A stretch of 64,000 nt of DNA from Candidatus Tectimicrobiota bacterium (GCA_016192455.1 JACPUC010000017.1:62001-126000), one strand, 5' to 3'; shown: positions 47,478 through 57,469, counted from the stretch's first letter. Made by a program: numbers and translations. Notes: generated by a model from the sequence alone, not told the origin.

Positions 47478-48644
47478 CTAGGCTGGAACCAAGCTGACGC
47501 GCCGCACGATGAACAGCCCCGCTCCCATGCCGAGCGCGACGTAGAGCGCCAGCGCGTTGAAGAGGGCCGGCAGCCCGAAGAGATCAGCCACGCTGCCCAG
47601 CAGCGTATTGACGACGATGCCGCTGAGGACGGCGCTGGTGTTGAAGAGCCCCAGGGCGACGGCCTGCCGGTGCTGCGGGTGGGCCTCCATCAGGTAGGCG
47701 GCGATCACACCCACGTTGGCGGTGAGAAAGAAGCCGAAACAGATGCCGAAGACCAGCAGCGGCCACCCCGGCGGCACCACCGGCAGCAGCAGCAGGAGGA
47801 CGATGTTGCACGCGAAGATGAGGTAGGCGATGTGCAGGCGCTTCCAGCGGTCCGAGAGCCAGCCCAGGCCGGGATTGGCCACGAAGGCCACGAGGTTGAT
47901 GAGGGTGAAGAGGAAGGTCGTCTCTCCCAGCTCCAAGCCCTTCACCTCCCGCAGGTACACCGGCAGGAAGCTCGAGGCGACGAAGAAATTCGTGAACAGG
48001 AGGGCGTTGAGGAGACTCGCCGCCTGGAAGGATGGCCGGCGCAGGATTTCGAGCAGGCGCAGCGGCGGGCGGCGATCCCCAGGCGGACGGTCCTCCACCC
48101 CGCGGGTGGTGAACCAGAAGCCGATCCCCAGCGCCAGGGCGAGCAGGCCGTAGCTGGTGAACGCCACGCGCCACCCCGCCAACGCCGCCACCGCCCCCAC
48201 GAGGGCCGCGCCGTAAGCCCGGCCGGTGGCTGATCCCACAGTGTGGAGGCCGTAAGCGCGCCCGCGCTCGTTCGGCAGGAAGACCTCGCCGATGAGCGAG
48301 AAGCCGGAGGTGAAGTAGAGGCTGAAGGCGAAACCGGCGACGAAGCGGTAGAGGAGGAAGAGCGGCAGGGAGCCGGCCGCCCACGCCGAGGCGATGGCGG
48401 TGCCACCGAGGAGCAACCCCGAGGCGACGATGGCCACCCGCCGGCCGATGGCCGTCGCCACGTATCCCCCCGCGATGAGCGTCACGGCGTAGCCGGCATC
48501 GTAGGTGGCGAGGAGCGCCGCGGCTCCGCCATAGCTCAGGCCAAACTCGCCGCGGATTTCCGCCAGCACGATCGCCAGGGCGCTGCGGTTGGCGTGGCAG
48601 AGCGAGAACGCCGCACTGCATGCAAGCAGGACGCGCCATTTCAG
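47478..48644 (-). CDS. MFS transporter (probable CTG start at 48644)
   Basis: 12-TM pattern, IGRR motif A, ERGRAYG, GWRVAF, GWLSDRW. TM1 extends in frame upstream of the GTG at 48569. Confidence 0.85.
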   Translation of the reverse strand: MKWRVLLACSAAFSLCHANRSALAIVLAEIRGEFGLSYGGAAALLATYDAGYAVTLIAGGYVATAIGRRVAIVASGLLLGGTAIASAWAAGSLPLFLLYRFVAGFAFSLYFTSGFSLIGEVFLPNERGRAYGLHTVGSATGRAYGAALVGAVAALAGWRVAFTSYGLLALALGIGFWFTTRGVEDRPPGDRRPPLRLLEILRRPSFQAASLLNALLFTNFFVASSFLPVYLREVKGLELGETTFLFTLINLVAFVANPGLGWLSDRWKRLHIAYLIFACNIVLLLLLPVVPPGWPLLVFGICFGFFLTANVGVIAAYLMEAHPQHRQAVALGLFNTSAVLSGIVVNTLLGSVADLFGLPALFNALALYVALGMGAGLFIVRRVSLVPA

Positions 48645-49576
48645 CGGTCACCCTCCTTCCCAGCGAGCCGCTGCCCCGATCGCCGCCCGCGCCCGGCTGG
48701 AGCCGCTGCGCCGCGCTGCGCCTGCGCTCCGCTCCCCGCCGGAGGCAGTTTCCTCTCGGTCGCCCGTCTCCCGCTGCCGCTCAGCTTTCTCGCGCCCCGC
48801 TGGGGCCCGGCACCGGCGCGGCGCGGCGGCGCCCCAGGAGCGACCCCCTCATCCTTGTCTGCCGGCTCCGTCGCGCTGCGCCGCCCCCACTCCCGCACGT
48901 CGAGGATGTGTTCGGCCATGATGGCGCGGGCGCGGTCTCCGTCGTGTTGCGCCAGGGCGTCATAGATGCGCTCGTGGTAGCGGATCGCCGCCGTCATGCT
49001 CTCCTCGTCGACGGGGACGTCGGCGAACGACGCGATGAGGCTGTGCTTGAAGGAGTGCATGATGATGCTGATGGCCGGGTTGTGGGCGGCATCCGCCACC
49101 AAGAGGTGGAAATCGAGGTGGGAGAACTTGGCGGCTCGCCGCGCCGCGAGATCGCGCCGGGCGAGATCGAGCGCCCCGGCCATCCGTTCGAGGTCCTCCG
49201 CCGTGGCGCGCTCGGCGGCAAGTCGCGCCACGTACGGCTCGAGCGCCACCCGCACCTCGGTATGGTCGTCAAGGCTGACGATCCCTAGGCGGATGGCCCG
49301 CGCCAGGGAGTCGCCGACGACGCGGTGGTCGGGGTGGTTGATGAAGCAGCCGCCCGCCGCCCCCTGCCGGATACTGATGAGGCCCAGGGCCTCGAGCGTG
49401 CGCAGGGCCTCGCGCACCGAGGAGCGGCTGCTGGCGAACTGGCGGGCCAGCTCGTACTCCGCGGGGAGGCGGTCGCCCGGAGCGAGGAGGCCACGGTAGA
49501 TCGCCCCCTCGATCTGCCCGACGATCTCCTGCGGCCGCCGGAAGGGCGCGTGCAGAGGCTGGAAGAGGTTGGCCAT
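48641..49576 (-). CDS. GntR/FadR-family regulator with an FCD domain and a long Arg/Gly-rich tail
   Basis: PGDRLPAEYELARQFASSRSSVREALRTLEALGLI HTH, VRVALE, FHLLVADAAHNP, HERIYDAL. Confidence 0.9.
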   Translation of the reverse strand: MANLFQPLHAPFRRPQEIVGQIEGAIYRGLLAPGDRLPAEYELARQFASSRSSVREALRTLEALGLISIRQGAAGGCFINHPDHRVVGDSLARAIRLGIVSLDDHTEVRVALEPYVARLAAERATAEDLERMAGALDLARRDLAARRAAKFSHLDFHLLVADAAHNPAISIIMHSFKHSLIASFADVPVDEESMTAAIRYHERIYDALAQHDGDRARAIMAEHILDVREWGRRSATEPADKDEGVAPGAPPRRAGAGPQRGARKLSGSGRRATERKLPPAGSGAQAQRGAAAPAGRGRRSGQRLAGKEGDR

Positions 49577-49674
49577 GGGACGTCGTCCTGGCAGCCGCCG
49601 CGGCCTTGCCGGCAGCCACGGGCTGGCGGCGCGCCCTGCGAGGCCACGGCGCTCGCAGCGCCGGCGAGATCGGA

Positions 49675-49722
49675 GTAAGTGTCTTACGTCGGACATTTAC
49701 CCGCAATACATCCCCCTGTCAA
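49675..49722 (-). promoter_or_regulatory. sigma70 promoter and overlapping FadR-type operator
   Basis: TTGACA-17 nt-TAAATG, followed by TGTCCGACG and the palindrome GTAAG-ACA-CTTAC. Confidence 0.6.
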
Positions 49723-49868
49723 GAGGGTCCCCGGACGCGCCGCAGCGGTCGGCAGCGCCCTACGCCGCAACGCCCGCCCACCACCGGGCGCGGCGGCGCA
49801 CCGTCTCGTGACGTATGCCCTCGCGCCGCCGCGGGGCAGAACGGAGCGCATGGAACGTCCGGGCACTC

Positions 49869-50903
49869 TTAGCGCGGCTTCGCGAACGAGGTATCCACGT
49901 AGTCGGCGGCGTTCAGCCGCGTCTTGGTGTAGCCCCATTCCTTGAGGAGATCGAAGTTGCGCTGCAGCACCTCCAGGCTCGGCAAGGCGTCGGGGTCGCG
50001 GTAGAGGTCCTGTTTCGAGAACGCCCAGCCCTTGTAGCGGCCCACGGGGGCCTTCGTGAAGCGCGCCGTGATCTCCAGCGCCTCGTCGCGGTTCTTGGGA
50101 TCGATGAACCACTTCCAGGCCTTCACCCAGTCGCTGAAGAACTGCCGCGCCAGCTCAGGGTTCTGCCGCAGCCACTCGGTGCGGGCCACCTTCATGATCA
50201 TCTCGTTCGTCCCCACGGCGTCGGCGGCGGTGAAGAGGGGCCGAATGCCGCCCGCCTGCCGCGCCTTGGCCCAGAACGGGATCAGGAAGACCGCCGCATC
50301 GACCTTGCGCTCGCGCAGCATGGCCTCGTTGTTGGGGAACTCCACCTCGATGATGCGGTAGTCGCGCTTGTCCTCCATGCCGTGCTTGCGCATGATGACG
50401 CGGATCGGAATATCGAGGCCGCCGCCGATGACATTCGTGGAGATGACCTTGCCCCGCAGGTCGGCAACCGAACGGACGGGGGAGTCCTCCAGCACCCCCC
50501 AGGTGATGGAGAAGTAGCCCGGCTGCCCGTCGCGGTTGAGCGCCGCCACAGCCTTCACTTCCAACCCCGCCCGTTCGATCCCGAAGGCGAGGCTGGTGTA
50601 AGAGAGGGTGCCGAGATCGATCCCCTTCCCCGCCAGCGCCTGGATCTGCGGCGAGGTACCCCGGAAGTGGCTGAATTCGATGGTGTACGTCTTGCCGTAG
50701 TAAGTGAGGAGCGCCGGTTTTTCGAACAGCAGGGGGGTGATGTCCGACGGCGGCGTGCCGTAGCCCACCCTGACCTTCAGCGGCTCGGCGGCGGGAGCGG
50801 GGCTGCTCACGAGCGCCAAGCAGAGCAGACTGAGCAGGCTCACCCCAGCGGCACGCAGGCGTCTTCGTCCACCAGTCAGCTTCTCGGGCCCACTCCTTTC
50901 CAT
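49869..50903 (-). CDS. ABC substrate-binding protein, SsuA/TauA/NMT1-like
   Basis: Signal peptide, IQALAGKGIDLG, SPVRSVADLRGKVI, MLRERKVDAA. GGAGGAGG RBS. Confidence 0.85.
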   Translation of the reverse strand: MERSGPEKLTGGRRRLRAAGVSLLSLLCLALVSSPAPAAEPLKVRVGYGTPPSDITPLLFEKPALLTYYGKTYTIEFSHFRGTSPQIQALAGKGIDLGTLSYTSLAFGIERAGLEVKAVAALNRDGQPGYFSITWGVLEDSPVRSVADLRGKVISTNVIGGGLDIPIRVIMRKHGMEDKRDYRIIEVEFPNNEAMLRERKVDAAVFLIPFWAKARQAGGIRPLFTAADAVGTNEMIMKVARTEWLRQNPELARQFFSDWVKAWKWFIDPKNRDEALEITARFTKAPVGRYKGWAFSKQDLYRDPDALPSLEVLQRNFDLLKEWGYTKTRLNAADYVDTSFAKPR

Positions 50904-51048
50904 CGCAACCTCCTCCAGGTGAAAGAACCGACCGGCACGCGGCGGCGAGCGATGCCACCGCCAGCGTGGCGGCTGCCATAGCCTCGACTCATTTCCCAGT
51001 CCTACCTTGCCAGTGGTTGTGAACGACGGGGAAAGAACGGCTGCGCTT

Positions 51049-51077
51049 ATTGTCAAATGTTTTCTGGTTTCTGGCAA
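51049..51077 (-). promoter_or_regulatory. Candidate promoter with a CCAGAAA direct repeat
   Basis: TTGCCA-17 nt-GACAAT. CCAGAAA occurs twice within the -35/spacer. Confidence 0.4.
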
Positions 51078-51383
51078 GCCAGGAGTGCACCGGGGTACTG
51101 TACCGTGTTGTGTGTAGAAAGGTAGGCAGGCAAAAAGAGAGGGTGTACTCTCCCTGGCAGGCAGGCGAAACAGGCGCGGCCCTGCCCGGCTCAGGAGGAG
51201 CACCGCCGGTCAACGCGGTTGTTCTTTGGGGAAACGGTTCTGGGCCGCGCCATAGCAGGCCTCGCACGGCACGTTCCAGGACAGGCAGGACGATACGGCC
51301 CGCAGGGGAGACTGGGCGGCTCCGCTGGGGCCACGCCGCTTCGCCGAGCCGCCTCTTCCCTTGACCTGGGTCCCATCGATATT

Positions 51384-51821
51384 TTACGAGCTCTTCATGC
51401 GCACCGTCAGGACCGGGCAGGGCGCCAAGCGCACGACCTTCTCCGCCACGCTCCCCAGCAGGGCATGGGAGATGCCGGTGCGGCCATGGGTGCCGAGGAC
51501 GATGAGATCGACCCCGCGCGACTTCGCCTCTTCGAGAATCTCCGCATGCGGCACCCCGAAGCGATCCGAGACCGACGCCTCGATCCTCACGCCCTTCGTA
51601 TCAACCCCGGCGATCATCTGCCGGAGATCGTGCTCGAGAGTCTCCAGGAGCCGCGTGATCATGGTTCCGCTGTAGGCGACGTACGAGATCGATCGGCTGT
51701 CGACGATGTGCAGCACCTCGATGCTCGCGTTGAACTCCCGCGCGAGGTCAATGGCGAACGCGAGGGCCTCTTTCGATCCCTCCGAATAGTCGACCGGCAC
51801 CAGAATCTTCTCGAGTTTCAT
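51384..51821 (-). CDS. Universal stress protein
   Basis: KILVPVDYS...DLIVLGTHGRTG...LLGSVAEKVVRLAPCPVLTV. Confidence 0.93.
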   Translation of the reverse strand: MKLEKILVPVDYSEGSKEALAFAIDLAREFNASIEVLHIVDSRSISYVAYSGTMITRLLETLEHDLRQMIAGVDTKGVRIEASVSDRFGVPHAEILEEAKSRGVDLIVLGTHGRTGISHALLGSVAEKVVRLAPCPVLTVRMKSS

Positions 51822-52102
51822 GGACTAGCTCCCTGCCCCTGAGGACCGAGGGGATCGCGCGGACCCCCTCTCAACGCCGTACCAGATGCACCCCATCGAG
51901 GGCCCCGACAACGTCGATGCTCCCTGCAACGGCATCGGGGCGGCCACGTTCACCTCCTGCCTCGCGCCCGGCGCCCCATGCCCTCGGCAGACATCGGCCA
52001 CCCCTCCCTGCCCCAGCGCCATGGCCGAACGACTCGCTCCCCGGCGGACGGGGCAAGTGCCGGAGCAGCGCGCCGGAGCGGCACGCTCACCGCCGTGACG
52101 GG

Positions 52103-52267
52103 CTAGTTGCCGGACCCCGAGGTCACCCTCGCCGCCTTGCCGAAAAGTGGACGCTGCGAGGCGGGCGGCGTGGTCTTCTCTTCGAGGCGGACGAACTGTG
52201 CCGCCGCGTAGAGGAAGAAGATGGCGGCTAACATGTTGCTGATTATGAGGAGCCAGCGAGGCATCAT
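52103..52267 (-). CDS. Possible small single-TM protein (54 aa)
   Basis: MMPRWLLIISNMLAAIFFLYAAAQFVRLE... hydrophobic helix, no clear RBS. Confidence 0.35.
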   Translation of the reverse strand: MMPRWLLIISNMLAAIFFLYAAAQFVRLEEKTTPPASQRPLFGKAARVTSGSGN

Positions 52268-52435
52268 CCGTACCCGAAGTTGTGGTTCCCCGCCCACGGC
52301 GCGGCCCGTCGCGACCCTCGCCCGCGCGAGCCATCGCCGCGCACCGGGCGCAACCTCCCGCCCACGGCGGCACTCCACCGCCACGTCTCCGACCCCTGCC
52401 CGCTCCACACGGGCGGCGGAGCCTCAGCACACACC

Positions 52436-53356
52436 TCAGCGCTCAATCGGCAGATCGTCGCGATTGCCCCACTCCGCCCACGAGCCGTCATAGCCACGCA
52501 CCGTCGGATACCCCAGATTGCGCAGAGTTACATACGTGTGGGCGGCGCGGTGCATGGTCTGGCAGTAGACCACCACCTCCTTGTCCTTGGTGATGCCCTT
52601 GGCCTCGTACATCGCCGCGAGATCGCGCGCCCCCTTCCAGCGCGGCCCCTGCGCGCCCCCCTCAAGGTTCTCCAACCACTCAATATGCTTCGCGCCGGGG
52701 ATATGGCCACCCCGTTTTGCACGCACCTGCGCGCCCGTGTACTCAGCGGCGCTGCGGGCATCGACGATCGCCACCTTCGGGTTGGTCAGCTTGCCGCGCA
52801 GCTCCTCCGCCGTGATGATGAGCTGGGGTTGCAACGCAACCTGGAAGGTTGCCGGCGTCACCGTGGGGAGAGTGGTCGTCACGGCTCCGCCGTCGCTCCG
52901 CCAAGCCTTCAGGCCGCCGTCGAGCAGCTTGACGTTCTGGTGCCCGGCGTACTCGAGCGTCCAGAAGAGGCGCGCCGCGTTCAGCCCGCTGTCGGCATCA
53001 TAGACGACGACGGGCGTCTGGCGGCTGACGCCCCGCTCGCCGACCGCCTTTGCGATCACCTCCGCAGACGCCGCCATGCCGGGCACGCCCTTGACGGTGG
53101 CGCGGACGGCATCCTGCGGCAAGCTCAGCGCCCCCGGCAGGTGGCCCGCCGCGTACTCCTCAGCGCTGCGCGCGTCGAGGATGCGCAGCGTCGGGTCGCT
53201 GAGCCGGGCGCGCAGCCACGTCACATCAACGATTACCTGCGCCTGACTGCTGGCTACCGGCGCGGCTGCCAGCCAGATGGCGAGAATCGCCAGGCCGGCC
53301 AGGATGATGAGCGCACCCTGCGTTCTCTTACCGTTGCACCAATGCCGACTGCTCAT
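52436..53356 (-). CDS. Tandem-domain rhodanese/sulfurtransferase with a signal peptide
   Basis: ILDARS..EYAAGHLPGA, ARLFWTL, LLDGG, GHIPGA, active-site YCQTMHRA, YDGSWAEW. N-terminal hydrophobic leader. Confidence 0.92.
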   Translation of the reverse strand: MSSRHWCNGKRTQGALIILAGLAILAIWLAAAPVASSQAQVIVDVTWLRARLSDPTLRILDARSAEEYAAGHLPGALSLPQDAVRATVKGVPGMAASAEVIAKAVGERGVSRQTPVVVYDADSGLNAARLFWTLEYAGHQNVKLLDGGLKAWRSDGGAVTTTLPTVTPATFQVALQPQLIITAEELRGKLTNPKVAIVDARSAAEYTGAQVRAKRGGHIPGAKHIEWLENLEGGAQGPRWKGARDLAAMYEAKGITKDKEVVVYCQTMHRAAHTYVTLRNLGYPTVRGYDGSWAEWGNRDDLPIER

Positions 53357-54284
53357 TGCGCACGCTCCTTACTCATAGGGGGCCCCAAAGCCCCCGTCCG
53401 CTCTGATGCCGCGCCTGACCGCGCGGACCTCCACCGGTGCCCCACTGCTCAGGGGGCGGCCTTGATCCGTACCCCGCGAAAGCTTCCGCGGCTCGTCGCG
53501 CAGCAGCAGCGGCACGCCGCGCACGCTCCTCTCTGTGGCGCCACGACTGGGAAGATGCAAGCTTTCCGTCGTTGCGTTGGGTCCTCCCCTTTTCCTTGTC
53601 TTGGGATGAAAGACCCACCGTGAAGAAACCTTGACCTTTCGCCCGCGGCAGGCGTAGAGACTCCTCCGGAAACCTCATGGAGATTGGACCCCTCTGGCGA
53701 CCTTCTTCTTTTCCCTTGCGCCTCGATCCCGTCCGGGACATACTAGGTTGTTGCGACGCCAACCCCCAGCAACGATTGACGTTTCCCGAAGGAAGCAGCG
53801 GGGCTGTCGCAGCGGTTCACCTTCCCTCCTGACCCCGCCTATGGAAGACCTAGCTCGCGCGCCCCTGTCGGACCAAGACCGGGGCATGCTCGCGGTAAGC
53901 CCGTGCTCTGCCCGCCCAGGTTTCGGAGAGGCGGGCCTGCTGGTGAGTGAGAGCCGGAGTTCTGGCGTTTACGTTGATCCATCGGATGGGTGAGAGGCCG
54001 GGCTGGCTTCACTCGACCCCGGCCAGTGAAGGCAGCTCTGAAACCTGAGAAAGCGCGCGGCGTGGTTCGGAACCCTCCGCGCAGCGCGCCGCGGGGGGAG
54101 GATCGGTCCGGCCCAGACCAGGCGCGGTGCCGCCCCGGAATGCCGCACGTCAGAGGGCGCCGCGCCGGACGGTCAGGCCAACAACATCCTCCTTTGAACG
54201 ACGCTCTATCTTCTTAGACGACCGCCTGTTCCATGCCGGCGTCGGCGGTAGGCTCGAGATCTCTCCCCGTGCTTCGAGGTGTGC

Positions 54285-55673
54285 ATGCGACGTCTCTTCT
54301 ACCCCAAGAGCCTGGCAATTGCGGGACTCTCACCGTCGCCGAGCAATCTGGCCCAGAACATCCTCACCAATCTGCAGCGCTTCGGCTATCGAGGCAAGGT
54401 CTACGGCGTCGGCCGTCAGCGCGGATCGGTTCTCGGGGTGACCATCTACCCGTCGATCGCCGACCTCCCCGAGGTGGTGGACGTGGTGGTGGTGCTGACC
54501 CCGTCGCACCTGCTGCCGGGGCTGATCAGGGAGTGCGCCGCCAAGGGTATCCATCGCGGCGTCGTCCACTCGGCAGGGCTCACCGAGTATGGCGAGGGGC
54601 GCCGGGAGTTGGAGGAGGAGATTCTCGCCGCGGCGCGCCAGCACGACTTCTTCTTCGTCGGTCCCAACTGCCAGGGCGTCATCAACCTCCTCAACGGCTT
54701 CGCGGCCCCCTTCTCGCCCCTCGATGCCACCTACTTCCGCCAGGGGGACGTGGGCATCTTCTCGCAGAGCGGCACGGTGGGATTCTTCCTGGCTTACGCT
54801 CTCGCGGAAGCGCGCCTCGGCGCCAGCACGATGATCAGCGGCGGCAACAAGCTCACCTTGGATGAAGTGGACTACCTGCGCTACTTCATCGAGGACCCGG
54901 CCACCGCCACGATCTACTTCCACCTCGAGGGCTTCAAGCGGGCGCGCGAGTTCTTCGCGCTTGCCGCGCGCAGCCCAAAACCGATCCTCCTCTACAAATC
55001 GAACATCCACCCCTCGAGCAGCCGTGCCGCGGCCTCGCACACAGCGGCGATCTCCAGCGATGACCGCATGGTCAGCGCAGCGGCCCGGCAAGCCGGCGTC
55101 ATTCGCGTCACGCGGCCCTACGCGGAAGCGGTGAACGCGGTGCGGGCCTTGCGCCTGCCGCCGCTGCGCGGTCGGCGCCTCGGCCTCGTCTCCGGTTCCG
55201 GCGGCAACTGCATCATCCTGGCCGACCTGGCGCGGGACTACGGATTTGAGTTCCCCGCGCTCCCGGAGGAGATCCTGAAGACGGTCGCCGGATTCGGACG
55301 GGCCGGCGTCTTCAACCTTGGGAACCCCCTGGATGTCGGCGACGTTTTTCAGGGGCGCGAGCAATGGGAGGCGATTCGACTGGTTGCCGAGACCGCCTCG
55401 GTGGATGGGGTGGTGGCGGCGCTCTTCCACCTCCCGCTCATGGAGGAGAGCGCGACGTCGAAGTACCTCCAGCACCTCCGCAACGCCCAGGAGCTGTCGC
55501 AACGCTTGAATCGGCCCATCGCCATGGTGCACGCCGGGCATCCACGACACTACCCGGAGCTCCTGGATGCGGCGCCAGTGGAGCTCTTCCCGCATCTCGC
55601 CGACGCCATGGAGGGACTGGCGCACCAGCGCGCCTACTGGGCTTGGCGGGCGGTTCGGGATCGCGGCAGGTAG
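54285..55673 (+). CDS. NDP-forming acyl-CoA synthetase alpha subunit (CoA-binding and ligase domains)
   Basis: LFYPKSLAIAG, YPSIADLPE, GPNCQG, SQSG, SGGNKL, AAASHT (phospho-His), GNPLDV. No ATP-grasp domain. Confidence 0.88.
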   Translation: MRRLFYPKSLAIAGLSPSPSNLAQNILTNLQRFGYRGKVYGVGRQRGSVLGVTIYPSIADLPEVVDVVVVLTPSHLLPGLIRECAAKGIHRGVVHSAGLTEYGEGRRELEEEILAAARQHDFFFVGPNCQGVINLLNGFAAPFSPLDATYFRQGDVGIFSQSGTVGFFLAYALAEARLGASTMISGGNKLTLDEVDYLRYFIEDPATATIYFHLEGFKRAREFFALAARSPKPILLYKSNIHPSSSRAAASHTAAISSDDRMVSAAARQAGVIRVTRPYAEAVNAVRALRLPPLRGRRLGLVSGSGGNCIILADLARDYGFEFPALPEEILKTVAGFGRAGVFNLGNPLDVGDVFQGREQWEAIRLVAETASVDGVVAALFHLPLMEESATSKYLQHLRNAQELSQRLNRPIAMVHAGHPRHYPELLDAAPVELFPHLADAMEGLAHQRAYWAWRAVRDRGR

Positions 55674-55871
55674 GGGTGCGCGAAAGGGCGTGGTAGGTCG
55701 CCGGCCGATGAGCTGATCCACCCGCGCCCGACGCGACGCTCGCAAGTCGGCAGGCGCGGAGCCGAGCCGCGCGAAGAAGTGGCGCCCCCCGCCCGCCCAC
55801 CGGCGCTAGCGCCGGAGCACCGCGGGCGCCCCGGCAACGGCCCGCGGCCCACGTAGCGTGCGCAACCTGCA

Positions 55872-56696
55872 ATGCCCGAGCTCCCAGAGGTTGAAACGAT
55901 TCGCCGCAGCCTGCTGCCCCATCTGGTGGGACAGCAGTTCCGCGGGGTCACCGTGCGCCAGGCGTCACTGCGCGAGCCGGTCGATGCCGCCGCCCTTCAG
56001 AGGCTGGTGACGGGGCAGCGCATCATCGGCCTGAGCAGGCGCGCCAAGTACCTCTTGGTGCACCTGGCGTCGGGCCACCTCCTCGCCTTCCACCTGGGCA
56101 TGACGGGTCGCCTTCTCATTGCGTCCAGCAACCGAGCCATCGAGCCCCACGACCACCTTATCTTCCATCTCGAGCACGGGCGCGAACTGCGCTTCCACGA
56201 TGTGCGGCGCTTCGGACGTTGCTTCGTCATCGCCGCCGCGGAGTTGGCGAGCCACCCGCGCTTCCGGCGCCTCGGCATCGACCCCCTCGAGCCGGAATGC
56301 TCCGCCGACTACCTCCGCGCTCGTGCACGCAGCGTGCGCAAACCGGTGAAGAACCTCCTCATGGATGGAACGGTGCTCAGTGGCGTCGGGAACATCTACG
56401 CCAACGAAGCGCTCCACCTCGCCGCCATCAACCCGAGGACGCCCGCCGGCAGGCTGGGGCGCGCGCGCTGGGAACGTCTCCGCACTGCGCTCCGCCGGGT
56501 GCTCGAGGAGGCGCTGTGCCAGGGAGGGACGACGTTCTCCGACTTCGTCGACGGCGAGGGCCGGCGGGGCTACTTCGCCCTTGCGTTGCGGGTGTACGGC
56601 CGTCAGGGCCAGCCCTGCCCACGCTGCGGCAGGCCAATTCGGCGCTTCGTCCAGGCAGGCCGCAGCACCTTTTACTGCCCCTCCTGCCAGCACTGA
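55872..56696 (+). CDS. mutM: Formamidopyrimidine-DNA glycosylase
   Basis: MPELPEVET, RRAKYL, HLGMTG, GVGNIYANE, CPRC...CPSCQ zinc finger. Confidence 0.97.
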   Translation: MPELPEVETIRRSLLPHLVGQQFRGVTVRQASLREPVDAAALQRLVTGQRIIGLSRRAKYLLVHLASGHLLAFHLGMTGRLLIASSNRAIEPHDHLIFHLEHGRELRFHDVRRFGRCFVIAAAELASHPRFRRLGIDPLEPECSADYLRARARSVRKPVKNLLMDGTVLSGVGNIYANEALHLAAINPRTPAGRLGRARWERLRTALRRVLEEALCQGGTTFSDFVDGEGRRGYFALALRVYGRQGQPCPRCGRPIRRFVQAGRSTFYCPSCQH

Positions 56697-57043
56697 GACG
56701 CAGGGCGACGTCGGCCGGCGCGAGGTGCGTCCGAAATTCCTTAGGCTGGCATGGGGCCCCGCCTCCCCGCCGCGCACGGGAGTGCGGCCGGCGATCGGCG
56801 CCTCCATCGCGTGTGGTAGGCGCCGCCCCCACCCCTGACTCCCAGCGAGAGGAAACGGCTGCGCCAGCGGAAGGGAATCGATGCCTCCCTCGAACGACCT
56901 CCGCGCCTTTGCCGCTCACCTTGCGTCAAATCCTTCCGGCTTTTGCAGCGGTTTCGTCTCCGACCTCATTCGCTGAACGCCTCCGCGGCTGAGCGTCGCT
57001 CAAGCGGCACGCTGAGCTGCGCCGCCGCGCGGCCTGCCGTTCC

Positions 57044-57072
57044 TTGACAGCCTCGCACACCCTTGCTATAGG
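57044..57072 (+). promoter_or_regulatory. Candidate sigma70 promoter for the second liv-type operon
   Basis: TTGACA-17 nt-TATAGG with an extended TG. Confidence 0.55.
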
Positions 57073-57469
57073 AAGGTGCGGATCATCCATCGCTGCGGGC
57101 AGGTGGGTGGTCAAGGAAGAAGCGTGTCTCCCCGCATGCAACGTCTGTCTCGCTTGCGATTGTTCGCTCTCCGGCGGGGCTCCGTGTTCCTCGCGCAGGG
57201 GGCGCGAGGTGCCGGCGCCGATCTGGCGTAGGAAACACCCGCTACCACCGAAGCATCACCCAGACACCGATGTGGAAGAGAACGGCGTCGGTGGCGTCCC
57301 TTCATGTCGAGGTTCGACGAGTAGCAGACGCCGAGGCGCCGGGCAATTTCCATCATGCCAGGCGGCCGGGTGCCGAGCGTGAGAGCAGAGGTTTCCCGCG
57401 CACCGTCCTGGGGTGACAGCCAGTCAAGGGGTCGGTACTGCCATCTCGTCCGCCGTCCCGCCCTCTCAG

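Noticed and set aside
53538..53562. GCCAC-GACT-GGGAAG resembling a cobalamin riboswitch B12 box
   Set aside because: The upstream conserved elements are absent and there is no adjacent B12-related gene on that strand.
53775..53800. GAAGGAAGCAGC matching the SRP RNA domain IV 3' side
   Set aside because: The required CAGG 5' side and GNRA loop are absent, and there is no long enclosing helix.
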